A stretch of 64,000 bases of DNA, from NCBI RefSeq assembly GCF_009914755.1, contig NC_060935.1; one strand, 5' to 3'. Of this stretch, positions 14,675-57,169 are shown piece by piece. The first letter of the stretch is position 1, and every line of letters begins with the position of its first letter. The notes beneath the pieces were generated by a model that was given only the letters and a program-made list of their open reading frames with translations, searched no databases and was not told where the DNA came from. A program made the translations under genes and the position numbers. This DNA comes from the human T2T-CHM13v2.0 reference genome, Homo sapiens.

Positions 14675-15025
14675 CAGGTTGAATATCTCTTATCCAAAAT
14701 GCTTGGGACCGAAAGTGTTTTAGATTTCTTTTTTTTGATCTTTGAATATTTGCATATTCATAATAAGATACCTTGGGGATGGGACCCAAGTCTAAACATG
14801 AAATTCATTTATGTTTCATATACACTTTTTACACATAGCCTGCAGCTAATTTTATTTTTCTCTTGGGAACAGAGTAAACTGTTGTACACCTGCATTTTGA
14901 CTGTGACCCATCATATGAGGTCAGGTGTGGAATTTTCCACTTGTGGCATCATGTCAACACTCAAAAAGTTTTGGATTTTGAAGCATTTTGAATTTCAGAT
15001 TTTCAAGTTAAGGATGTTCAACCTG
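14675..15025 (+). mobile_element. Tigger4b/MER46B-like TcMar-Tigger MITE
   Basis: Terminal inverted repeats CAGGTTGAATATC...GATGTTCAACCTG; internal GGGGATGGGACCCAAGTCTAAACA. Confidence 0.85.
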
Positions 15026-15439
15026 CGCTGTTTGGCTATATTAATTCATGTAGAACTCTTCACAATCTAGAAGCAAGCCTGCCCTCTAGTGCTAAAACTG
15101 TCAAATTGAATTGGAATAGCAATTTCCAACAATGAGAAAAAGAAACTAGCACTCCAGATGTTGTTATTCTTAATATAAAAAACTGTATTACTTCAAAACA
15201 AAAACTTTATTCCAAGAATAAAGTGACACTCCCTCCTCAATTTAATTTGCCATTTGTTTACATATTTGGCAACTATTATCAATCTTGCTTTTTAAATCTT
15301 AGTGCTTCTACAACACTATAGAAAGTAATGGTTTGTATATGTGTGGTAGAAAATGTTAACATTTTATTTCTATTTGAAAAATCACAAAAGTTGGCCTTGA
15401 ATTTCATCGATCATATGTCTTCAATTAAGTTCTATCCTC

Positions 15440-16445
15440 TGGCTACACTTACTCTCTAAGTGGTTTCATCCATGTCCTGACTTAAAATAAGATTACACAC
15501 TGATGACTTCCAAATATATTTATCTCCAGCCCAGACCTCTACTTTTCCAGGTTCAAATATCCAACTGCCCACTCTACATTTTCCTTTGGACGTCTGACAG
15601 ACAAGTCTACCATAACATATCCAAAAGTAAACTCTCAATCTACCCGCTTAAGCCTGCTCCTCTGAGTCTTCGCCATCTTATTAATGCCCACTTCATTCTT
15701 CAAGCCAAAAACCTTGATCATTCTTTTTTTCATACCTCACATCCATTCTATCAGCATATCCTTTTGGTGCTACCACCAAAATACATTCAGAATCTGACCA
15801 CTTATTATTTCCATTACTCTTAATCTCAAATTGTACCATTTGTCACCTGGATTTACCATATTATCTTCCTACTACTACCTGCTTCCATCCTTGCTTTGAT
15901 CTGAATCCTAATTGCTTGCTAGCTCACTCAGTAAAGTCCTACTCTTGAGAAAGGGCTATAATGCCCTACGTAATTACCTACAATCAGGCAGGATTATTAC
16001 TCCCAATCTCTCTCAGTTCATTTTCTAATTCTCCCTAAAATGCTATTATTGTTCACTACAGTCACACTGATCTCTTTACTGTTTCTTTACACTCTGTACC
16101 AGCTCAGGGCCTTAGCATGTAATATTCCTTCTGCCTGGAATGCTCTCCTCCCAGATATCCACACTGCACAACCATTCACCTCCTCAGGCCTCTGCTCAAT
16201 GTCACATATCAGTGTACATGCTACTTAATAGTAATCCTATCCTCACACACTCTCTGGGCCCCTTCCTCAACTTACTTTCCCCATATAACCTTGTCACCAA
16301 ATGATAAACTATTTTACTAACCAATTAAAATAAAAATCCCATAAAGGTTCGAAATTACTGTCTTGCTTCGTGCCCTGCAATATATTCAGGCCTAGAATAC
16401 TTCTTGGCATATAGTAGATGCTTGAGATTTGTTAAATTAATGATT
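15440..16445 (+). mobile_element. L2a-like LINE, about 1 kb of the 3' end
   Basis: CTGATGACTTCCAAATATATTTATCTCCAGCCCAGACCTCT, TTCCTTCTGCCTGGAATGCTCT, terminal GGCATATAGTAGATGCT...TTTGTTAAATTAATGA. Confidence 0.75.
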
Positions 16446-17142
16446 TAGTCTAAGGAGAATATTAATAATTTTGTTTGATTATAAAAATGGCAGGATAACA
16501 CAGGAAATCCTAGCTATTTCTTTTTATAAAAGACAGTAAATTTGTCAGAAAAAAATAAACTATCATAACTAACCACTTCTTGTTCAAGTAACAAGACGCA
16601 TTCATTTAACACCTACTAAGTGCTGTGGATAGGGCCTATTTGAACTTCGTAACAATACTGGTAGGTATCATTATCGCCATTTTACAGAAGAAACTGAAAA
16701 TGACATAGGTTAAGTGGCTTGTTTAAAAGTGACATTAACAGGAATGTCACAAAAAGAAAATCAAACTCAGGTTTCTCAGATAATACTTCTATAAACTCTC
16801 TCTCAATAGGCATAGTTTCAGGGAATAATGTAAATTTCAAATAGGTAAGATTTCTACATTTGTAGATAAAAGTAACTGTGTATGAACTTGCTCTAAGCCA
16901 TTTTATTTGCATGACAGAATAGTAAAGTATATAAACTAACTTCACTTAAGTCAATACTCACAAGTTAATTCTGCTAAGTTTGATAAGTTAGTTTAAGTCT
17001 CAAATGACAAGTTGCTCAAATAAAGTTAGTTTTTCCTCTTTCATGGTTCAAAGGCAATTGTTAGCAACAGCAAATTTTTTTTTGACCTTCAAAATATGTG
17101 AGGAGCTTTTATCTGTGATCTATTTTCTATGTGAAAAAGTTA

Positions 17143-17470
<328 letters not shown>

Positions 17471-20077
17471 TTATGGCTAATATTCTACACAAAACACACA
17501 CAGCTCACAGAGTTTTGGGGAAATCTGGCTCTCTCTATATATTCACTTCAAGTATTTATTAGCTTTTTAAAATCCACAATTTTAACCTCATACTTAAAAC
17601 CAAACCCATGAAGTATGTGGAAAAAATTCATTAATATCTTAAAGCTCAGAAAGCCAAAAACACCCCAGAAGGATAAAACTTCTAAAAAATGATATAATTT
17701 GGGGGAAAGCTAAGACATTTTTAATAAAACGTTTGCTATTAACTCCCATTTATGGACCATAGAGCCAAAAATAAATGCAACAAAGCTCCAATAAAATTGG
17801 CATTATAAGACAAGATTCAATACTTAGGTTAAAATCTAACCTTACTATATAGTGTTACTAGATGTATTTTAAGGAATATTTAACACATGGTAAATCAGAA
17901 ACCATGTAAAAATGAGCCATATTATAAGAGGTTCTAATACATGACACAGCATACACAGCAAAATGTTTCATCGATCCTAAAAAGAAAATGGTCACACCAA
18001 TAACAACTGGTCAGGAAAAGGAGCAAAGGAAACACTATCTGTACTAATAGAATGTAAAAGATTGTAAGGTGGACACAGCAAATGTATGATCGATCAGTTT
18101 TAAGACTGTTTTTAAAAACATAAATAAATTGTGCTTTAAAAGATCTAAAGATTTGTTCCAGTGAAGTACAAGTTCACTAGAAAAATCTCTACAATTAAAT
18201 TAATGACAACTTATCCAAGGTTTGGGGCAGAAATTCATCTTTCCACAGTCTGTAAGTTTATCATAAAAATTAGACTGCTTTTTGGGCTTCCACCATACTA
18301 ATCATAGGTCTATTAACAAAAAAGAACAAATCTTAAACAATAGGTTTACCTGGTTCTTACCAAATATTCCTGAAGTAATAAAACTATATCATTAAAAAAA
18401 GATATAATCCAGAATATTTAATAATTCAGACTAGCCTTTCCTATTGAGGAAGTTAATGAAATTGTTATTCCTCTTTCTCCTGAAAAAAAAATGATCCTTT
18501 CTTTGAAATGTTTCCTTGTGATGATTTCTAATGTCACTCAAAAAGTGGTATTTCCTCAAGAGGGAAGGATTCCTCCTTAGAGGTAAGAATTCTTCTTTAG
18601 GAGTAAGACTTTTGGGTTTTTTTGGGGGGGGTTTTAATTTTATTTTTTATTTTTGGCCTTTTGCTTTAACAAAGAAAGGCATTTAGTTTTCCTTTTTTTT
18701 TTTTATTAAAATGCCCTCAATTTATTTGATGCCTTAGACATTTAAAACATTAAGCTGTAAGAGCCTTGAAGGCCAGAACAAAGTTTTATCAGAGATGAAT
18801 TATCACAATAGTTTTAAGTACACTTCTTTAAGAGGGCAGAAGAACAACACCTGGCATTCTTACCAATTACACCTCAAACTGAACATATATTTCAATAAAT
18901 CCTTTCATAATTTCACATTAGCAAGTAGGCAGACAGGACATGTTTTGTTGAAGAAATACTTCAAAGTGAAATGTTTCATTTTATACGTATGTATCATGTA
19001 TTCTGAATCTGTGCTATTCCACATACCTTGTATGCCTTGAAAACTCTGGAGTTATCTCAGAATTTACTCCCACCCCGACCCCGAGTGATGGCATTCAATA
19101 TTAAGATATAATTTTTGGTTTGCTAGATGAAAAGGCATTTGTATTTAAGAGAAATACTCCTCAATCTAACATTCCCAAAGAAGGCTTCAAATTGCAGTTC
19201 AAGAAACACTAATCTAGAGTGCTTCTGAGTAAAAACCAATAAAATCTATACATTATACACAAAAATGCTACTACTGTCAAAAATGTATTATATCAATAAT
19301 TTTATCAGCAGCATTTAAGAAATAAGAAATCATTAGACAATAGAAGACAAACATGGTAATGCAGTCAGGCCAGCACACAATACACCGTTTTCATCACACA
19401 CTGTCACCTGAATCCCTGGCAATTTCCTAGAGGTATTAACATCATACCTTATTAAGAATTATTGGCCCCGAGGAGTGGGGGGGTGGGGGGGTTGCAATCT
19501 GTCCAATCAACATCTGGCTCTACTTTCTCCCAGTAGTATTACATTTGTATAATATTCTTATAGAAACAACTCAACTCCATGTTATAAAGCACCATACGGT
19601 ATTTCATCCTGTACAAAGGGAAGTAGTTCTGAAAATTTTACAACAGGGTTCGTGGGAAGGCACTTAAAGCTAACTAGTCAAAAAAGGAACCACAACAGTT
19701 AGACTTTTTTATACTGCAGGGTCCTTAATATTGTATTGTTTATATCACTTAACATTTTTGATCATAAATTTCCCAGTAAATTAAATGCTATTCAAAATTA
19801 ACAAAGGAAAGACAGGAAGGGACACAGCCCACACCCTGACTGATGAATTAGGCAGAGTAAATTTGCCTTCAAAGTAGGCAAATGTTATAACTTTAAGAAG
19901 GTAAGAGAAATAGATGGAGCAATAGAGTAAAGCAAGCGTGGCCTCAGTGGTACTGGACTCCAAAGTATGGCTAGGGTAGGATAGGACAGTTGACTTTAAG
20001 GGAAAAAATAAAGTAAATTTCATTTTCAGACTCAAAAAGTCTTAAAGGTATCTTTGGATAAGTATGCAAAGTAAATA

Positions 20078-20317
20078 CTGTTGACCCTTGAACAGCATGA
20101 GTTTGAACTGTGTGGGTCTGCTTATACGCAGATTTTTTTAAACCAAACATGGATTGAAAATACAGTATTCCCGGGATGCGACACCTACATACACGGGGAG
20201 GGCTGACTTTTTATACAGGCAGGTTCCACAGGGATGACTGTAGGACTTAAGTATGCACAGATTTGGGTATACACAAGGGTCCTGGTATCAATCTCCTGCG
20301 TATACCAAGGATGCCTG
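20078..20317 (+). mobile_element. MER8-like Tigger MITE
   Basis: CTGTTGACCCTTGAACAGCATGAGTTTGAACTG...TATACCAAGGATGCCTG; 240 bp. Confidence 0.8.
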
Positions 20318-21833
20318 TGCTTTCATAAATATACCTTTTAAAAAACATGTCATCTATAAGCTTTAAGTGTTCCCTATTTTACTCAAATACTGAAGATGAA
20401 AAAGATATTACCATTAGTTCAGGTTACAAATGGACAATTTATAAGATTTTGCTTATATGTTTTGGAATTTAACAAAAGTGGATATGTTCTTCAGTTCAGA
20501 TGTGCCTTGAAGAGTCAACTAAATTATAAATTTAAAGGTCTACAAATCTAAATGCTTTCCTTATAATAAATTTGATATTAAAACATCATTCATAATATTA
20601 AATCCTAACACCACTGGTATGCTCAGTTCATAACTCAGTGATTCTAATACTTAAGAGGAGCATTCTGTATTATCCTTTTCTATAAGACATTTAGGAAAAC
20701 TGTCTCCCACTATTATGGGTGTTTCAGAAAACTGTACAAAGTAATCTTATTAAGAAGGCAAGTAAAACAGTGGCAATCATTTTTTTCCCAGCTGATTAAC
20801 TAAAAAGCAAACAATAAAACACTTTAAAATGTCATTCTCTTAGGTAATCAATATGGAGAAATCATTCTTTAAACAAATTCACCACTGAAAAATCAACCTT
20901 TACCTTAAATCCTAATAGAAACACTCCCTTATTATGGAAAAATAACCTCTTTACTTCTCTCTACTCAAACAATGACACTAGAAATGTTTCTGAAGTTGTG
21001 ACTGGGCTATGAATATGAACAAAGTTTTCATATCACTGGGATACTGGATGGTTTGAAAAGGAATGTACAAACAGGCCTGCTGCTAGTACAAAAGTGCCTT
21101 TTACATGAATTAGGAAAGCCTTCCCTTTCCTCAAGACACTTGATTACCAACAGGCAGAAAATTGTGATAATTAGCAAGCTGCAATACTACCAACGTAAAT
21201 GGCTCTATTGAGTTGTGCACAATTAATTATACCCAGAGTTCTCTCATGATTCCTTATTCTATTGTCTTCTTTTCCTATGTGTATCTTAATTAAATCCATA
21301 TCACAGCTAACGTTCTCTTAAGGCAAAAAAAAAAAAAAAAAGTGCTTTAAACAAAATTCCCTATATAATGACAGTTAAAAATATAAATATGCTATTATCA
21401 ACAATAATAATGATGATACAACTTAATAATACAACTTTTTTAGAAAACAAAACAACTGGACATAATCTTTCCAATTCTAAGCTCTCTGAGATAAGACATC
21501 TGCATAAGACCTTGGCAGCTTTTATAGAAACCCAGAGCTAAAAGTAGGAGCATTTTTCCAATACCTAGAAATGTTTATTAGCTGCATCAGCAAATCATTA
21601 TCCCAGAAGTCAAGGCCAACAGTCTTCCAAATTGTGCAGAGATGACTATAATGAGCCATACCATCAGCAGACTATGTTGCCAAATATTAAGACTGTTTAA
21701 AATCTTGAAAATTCTGTAAATTCACGGTGAATTGGAACCTCAAAAATCAAAAAATTCAAATTTACAAAAATAAATACCACTCTGACACTCAAGGGACATC
21801 TTCACTTTAAGGCCTTTGTCACAAATCTGAATC

Positions 21834-21839
21834 TTTATT
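21834..21839 (-). terminator. Proximal polyadenylation signal AATAAA of DCUN1D5, about 250 nt after the stop codon
   Basis: TTTATT on +; first canonical hexamer after the stop, followed on the minus strand by U/GU-rich sequence. Confidence 0.7.
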
Positions 21840-22085
21840 GTTCTGAAATAAATGTTATAAACATAACTCAAAACAAAAACTTCAATATTCAGTCTAAGAA
21901 GAGGTGTGGCTCAATGCCCATCACATGTAACAAGAAAAACCTCCTTTAAAAAAAGGAAAAAAAAGTACTATGAGAAGTCTTTCATATGAATGAAAATGCA
22001 CCCGTTGGATTTTTTTCCCCCTCATCACATTAGCTTGTATACACGTGGGAATTGAAAGGTTTGCATTTTCTTCACATAGTTCTTG

Positions 22086-51599
<29,514 letters not shown>

Positions 51600-51940
51600 C
51601 TTCCGCCCTCCCCGGCAGGGTGGGCAGGGGAGCCGGGGAAGGGGGTCCCTGTCCGCTGGAAGCCCCTCAGCGCTGGCACCCAGTTCCCAGAGACAGCAGC
51701 AAGCGGAGGAGCAGAGTCGCCAGCCCGCACCGGCGCGGCCCAGCCCGGCCGCCGCCCGCTCCCAGGTATCCTCGTCGTCTTTCTCTGACCGGGACAGGGC
51801 TGGCTCCTCGCCGGTGGACACTGCGGTTCGTTCTCACCGGGAGGAGATAACGCGGACAGCGCGGCAGCTCCACCAGTCACAGCAAGCAAGAGGCTCAGCC
51901 TAACCCGGAGGCGAATCGCTGAGGCCCGGAAGTGACGCAA
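51600..51940 (-). other. DCUN1D5: DCUN1D5 5' UTR, GC-rich with no upstream AUG; 5' boundary approximate
   Basis: No CAT on the + strand between the start codon and the promoter motifs at about 51.93 kb. The TSS position is inferred. Confidence 0.6.
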
Positions 51941-51976
51941 TCGCGGAGCCGGTCCCGGGAAGGGGCGTGGTTCCGG
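51926..51976. promoter_or_regulatory. Core-promoter motif cluster: overlapping ETS/CRE-like CCGGAAGTGACGCAA (51926-51940), Sp/KLF box GGGGCGTGG (51962-51970), second ETS site TTCCGG (51971-51976)
   Basis: Motifs read directly from the sequence; typical housekeeping-promoter elements. Occupancy is not shown. Confidence 0.7.
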
Positions 51977-52599
51977 TTAGCCTCTGCCACTCGTAGGTAG
52001 GCCAGGCAGAGCGAAGCTGTCTGACCCGTCGACTGCGGCAGTCCGCGGAATTCTTGTATCCTGTCCAGGGTATCCTGACCTTTCTCATGAAGCTTCTACC
52101 GCGCTCTGATGCTGGCAGTCACCGCCAAAAAGTGAAACTACTAATACTTTGCAGTTGACGTTAAAAACAACCTGGTAAAGTAGACCAAGTTCCACTTCTG
52201 AGCTCTTCCACACGATAACCTCACCTGAAGTGTTCCCACCCCGTAAATGCATTGTCACCCTGTGTCTTGCGTGTTTTTTTTATGGGCCTGTGATCAGCCA
52301 CCCACTCCCCCTTCTCCCTACCTTTGCATATCACTTTGTCCTGTATTGAAACTTAGCTCTGCCATTATTTCCACAGAGCTCACCTCTCCGATAAGAGACA
52401 GTAGGTGACTGCGACTCAGTAGAGAGAAATTTGGGGGACAGTTCTAAGGAACCTCCCCCTAGACCCAAAACACACTGTAATCTATTCATCTCCACTTAGG
52501 TGGAAATACTGTTTTTAAATAATGGTTATTGTATGTAAAGACATAGTAGAAAGTCGTTAGTAATTCTGTTGGTAAAATAATCTCTGCAAACCAACTGTG

Positions 52600-53010
52600 A
52601 TGGGAGAAGACTAAAAGTCTTTGAGTAATAGTTGAAGTGGTTCCTGTGAAACTACCCTCACAATGGCACCCTAATCTGGTCAATCCGAATATCATATTTC
52701 CTTAGTGTTATTAATTGGTTCAGGATGGACACATACTCAGGCCAGGCCAATGAGTGCCAATGACACAAAATTGAACCACCAGAAAGCAATTTTATTTCCT
52801 ATGGATTTGAACCAGAGAAGGTATGGAGAATGAAGCCAAAACTCAGAAGAGACTAGTATCAAGCAGAAAAATAGAAAAACCAGGATGTGATTATATGATA
52901 TGAGCCCAAAATCCATGATATGCCCTGGAATTTTCACTTATGTGAAGCAACAAATTTCACTATTTTGCATATTTAGTTCAATTCTCTGTTACTTAAAACC
53001 AAAAGAATGT
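52600..53010 (+). mobile_element. MLT1-family (MaLR) LTR remnant
   Basis: ACTCAGGCCAGGCCAATGAG...TATGTGAAGCAACAAATT...TCTGTTACTTAAAACCAAAAG. Confidence 0.55.
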
Positions 53011-53039
53011 CAAAGTATATGATCCTTCAACCCATTTAA

Positions 53040-53605
53040 AAATGCCTGAGGCCAAAATCAAAACAGAATCAGATAAAGTCTCTAAATAGAACTACCATCT
53101 ACAAAAAGTACAGGACAGAGGAACATGTTAAATACCCAATGCAATCAGCAATATCTAGACGTCAGAAAAGTCTACAGGACAATGACCCAAATTCTGCAAC
53201 AAATTATTAGGACGAGAGGAGAGAGAAGGAAATTAAAAGACTTAAAGGATATGTCAATCATTTTCAGTATGCAGTTCTTATTTGAATTTGACTCACACAA
53301 ACAGTTTAAACAATATGATAACATCTCTGTGGCAATTGGAGATGTTAATGCTGGCTGGATATTTGATGAAATTCTAGAACATGTAAAACTTACTTATAGC
53401 AATGGCATATCAGTGACACTTGGGGACAGGGATGGAGTAAGCCGGGGAAGACTGACTGCAAAGAAACACAAGGGAACTTTTTGGGTAATGAACATATTCT
53501 ATGTCTTGATTGAAGTAATAGTATATATACTTGTCAAAATTCATTGAATTGTACACTTAAAAATTGATATTTTTATGCATATTCTTCCTAAATAAAATTT
53601 ATATA
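53040..53605 (+). mobile_element. L1MC/ME 3' fragment
   Basis: ACTGCAAAGAAACACAAGGGAACTTTTTGGGTAATGAACATATTCTATGTCTTGATTG...TGTACACTTAAAA. Confidence 0.7.
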
Positions 53606-54291
53606 AAATGTGCAAAACAAAACACAAAATAAATGATAATGACAAAACTATTAGAGATAGCCAAACTTATTTCTTCAACTGGTGAGCTGCAAAAGCTAAA
53701 CAGCCCCTTTTCCCAAGGAGGACCAAAGAAATGGAATAAAACCTAAAGGATAGAAAGAAAGATCTCAGAGGATGATGTTAAAGGGGTGTCCTTCCACAGA
53801 GTAGAATCAGGGCCTGATCAAAGAGTAGGGAATTTCATAATGCCTGTCTTGCAGGCTACCAGCATTGCTATAGACCAAAGACCACTGCACATCTCATCTT
53901 CTGTTCTTTTTTAAATAGGAATTTTTTTATTGTGATAATTGTGTCCCTTCTTCACCATTATTTATTGGGCGAGAGTGGGAAGTAGATTATTGCTTCTTAG
54001 TTCATAGGCCATTGGACCATAAGGAATCACTTTCGAACTAAGGAAGACCCCACTATACCTGGAAATCCTGGACATTGAGCTGAATGCAGTAACTGGATAG
54101 GAGCTTACTCACACCCATAGAATACTCTGAGAAAAAGACAAAAGGCTGGATCTATGTGTGGTATTCATTTAGTCTATCTATTCAAAAAATATTTAATCAT
54201 CACTTCAACCAGGAGCTTTACTGGGCTTAAGAATATAAAAGGCAGACATGACTCCTGCAATCATGGAGCTGCCAGTCTGGAGGGAGAAATA

Positions 54292-54631
54292 CAGTCATGC
54301 ACCACGTAATGACATTTTGGTCAAGATGTGCATATGCGATGATAGTCCCTTAAGATTATAATACTGTATTTTTACTGTGCCTTTTCTATGTTGAGGTATG
54401 TTGAGATACACAAATACAATTGTGTTAAAATTGCCTACAGTATTCAGTACAGTACCATGCTGTACAGGTTTGTAGCCTAGGATCTATAGGCTGTACCGTA
54501 TAGCCTAGATGTGTAGTAAGCTATATCATCCAGGTTTGTATAAGTACACTCTGTGATGTTCACACAATGATGAAACTGCCTAATGACACATTTCTCAGAA
54601 TGTATTCCTGTCAATAAGCAATATATGACTC
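54292..54631 (+). mobile_element. Tigger3a/MER7A-like MITE
   Basis: TA|CAGTCATGCACCACGTAATGAC...ATTTCTCAGAATGTATTCCTGTCAATAAGCAATATATGACT. Confidence 0.85.
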
Positions 54632-56282
54632 TATGTATGCTATCTGCATTTAAGAGAATTATATGAATAGGAATTAGGGTTCATAATCTATGCTTGTCAA
54701 TGATATTAAAGGGATGGCAATTTCTGGGTCATGTAGACCATTCTCATCCATCTACCTCTTCATTCTCTTGTCTGGTCAGTACCTACTGCTACTGCCAAAA
54801 CTCCATTCCCAAAAGTTGGCTCTTCATCATCCCAATTACTCTCACAAAGGGGCATATTGATAGCCTTGCTACCTATGAGAAGTATAGAAATGCCTAGTTA
54901 TGTGGCTTTAATATTTTCCGCTGCTCACCAATGCATACATAGTACATGATTTTGCATCAAAAAGATGCCTCTAATACAGAAACAAACTATGACAGAGTAC
55001 TGTGGCTCTCTGGCGTGCAGTAGAATTTTTTAAATGAAGGTAATGACAAGGAAGGGAGGGATGAAGTAGTTACCTCAAGCAGAAGCCTGTGTGTTCTGGT
55101 TTCAGATCCAAAGAAGACACTCAAGTGACTTTAGGAAAGGCAGATAATTTCCTTTATCTTTCATCTTATCCTACTATTATACAGAAGGATGTAGGAAAAA
55201 AACAACAATAATAATACTTATGCTGAATAGGGAAGTAATTAAGCAAGAAGACTGAGACCCAGTTCTATTATCTATTTGGCATCTTGGTCACATATACATC
55301 CCTTAGCTTTTGGGAGTTATAAAACAAAGCCATGAAAAACATCTTTTAAAATAGTTATATCTCTGTCAAGGTATCCAAAAATAGTACTCTAAGATGTGTT
55401 AATTTATATATTCCGTACATAGTTTAGTTTTTCTTAACACCTCTTTAAAATAGGACTTTCCTACTTGGGAGAATAACAAGCAACACAGACATTAAGTGAT
55501 TTATGGGATGCCGCGTTATTGTGGTCCTGGATCTGTGCAGATGCTCTCCCTTCCATATATTAATGTTGATTTTTAAAACAGCATTGTAGTTAAAAATTTT
55601 CTGAAATGTTTTCATGCACATAAATCTACAGAAAGATAACTCTAAGAGAATAGTAGAAATGGGATGTCAAGACAGGATTTTTTGTTTTGGCATTTCAGTA
55701 TAGCCTACAAGAACTCCTTGTGTTTTAGAGAGGCCCAGAGGTGCAGAACTGTGTAACACATGACACTTACCCCCTACACCCTAAAGCGGTGTGCCAGACC
55801 ACATCAATTTTAGCTTGGCTGTGACTGTGGTTCACTCTGGGATCTAGACTGAGGGAACAGTCACTACCTAGAACACTGCTTGTCATCATGACAGAGAGAA
55901 AGAACAACATGGTAAATCCCATGCTGCCTCTTGAGGATTCTGCCCCGAAGTGACACATTAATCCTGTTCAAGTCATATGGCTACACCTGAGGTCACGAGG
56001 GCAGGAATGTATGATCCCCCTGCAGAGAGAAACATCAAGTAAAGGTAAATACAGCCTACTACAGTAAGAGACTGGACTGAAATTTTGTTCAAAGCATAGG
56101 GAAAAATGAGTTCACAGTGCAGTTTTAAAGAGGCAGTAGGAAAAAGCATAAGATTGGTTTCAGCTTATACCTCACCGTGGCAGTTTATATTCTTCAAAGG
56201 TGGTCACAGCAATATCTCTCATCCCACATATTCTAGAAACTTACCATTTCCTATCAAAAAGTGAAGTCTAGTTGAAAAAAAA

Positions 56283-56437
56283 AATCAATATTGGTTCATT
56301 CATTGTGGGAAATGTACCATACCAATGTAAGACATTAGTAATAGGGGAAACTGGGTGTGGGATATATGAGCAGTTTCTGTAGTATCATTGCAATTTTTCC
56401 ACAAAATTAAAACTCTTCTAAAATAAATTATTAAAAA
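56283..56437 (+). mobile_element. L1MC 3' terminal fragment
   Basis: ATCAATATTGGTTCATT...AAATGTACCATACCAATGTAAGAC...ATAGGGGAAACTGGGTGTGGG...CTAAAATAAA. Confidence 0.7.
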
Positions 56438-56744
56438 GTCACAGTGAATGGGAAAAAATAAAATTTAGAAAATAGTAAAGTACAGGAAGAAAGAGTAATG
56501 ATTCAAAGGAGCTGCCTAGGTTGGATGCTTTTGGAAAGGTAAGAATCGAAAAAATTCTGGATGTGGGATCATAGGTAGAAAGCAATGTCTTGTATATCAG
56601 CTGGCCAAGGACAGAGCAATTTCAACTTGAAACCTAACCAGGAAGACTAAGAACAAGTGCTCAGGTGGGAAATTGTATTAAGCAGTACACCTGATTTGCT
56701 TTCCCATATGTGAATATGTACCCCAAATGAAGAAAAGTAGTTCA

Positions 56745-57169
<425 letters not shown>

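Noticed and set aside
14672-15070. 132-aa ORF
   Set aside because: Coincides with a non-autonomous Tigger4b-like MITE; no transposase motifs.
53125-53547. 140-aa ATG ORF upstream of DCUN1D5
   Set aside because: Lies in an L1MC/ME 3' remnant, with no recognisable protein family or splice structure.
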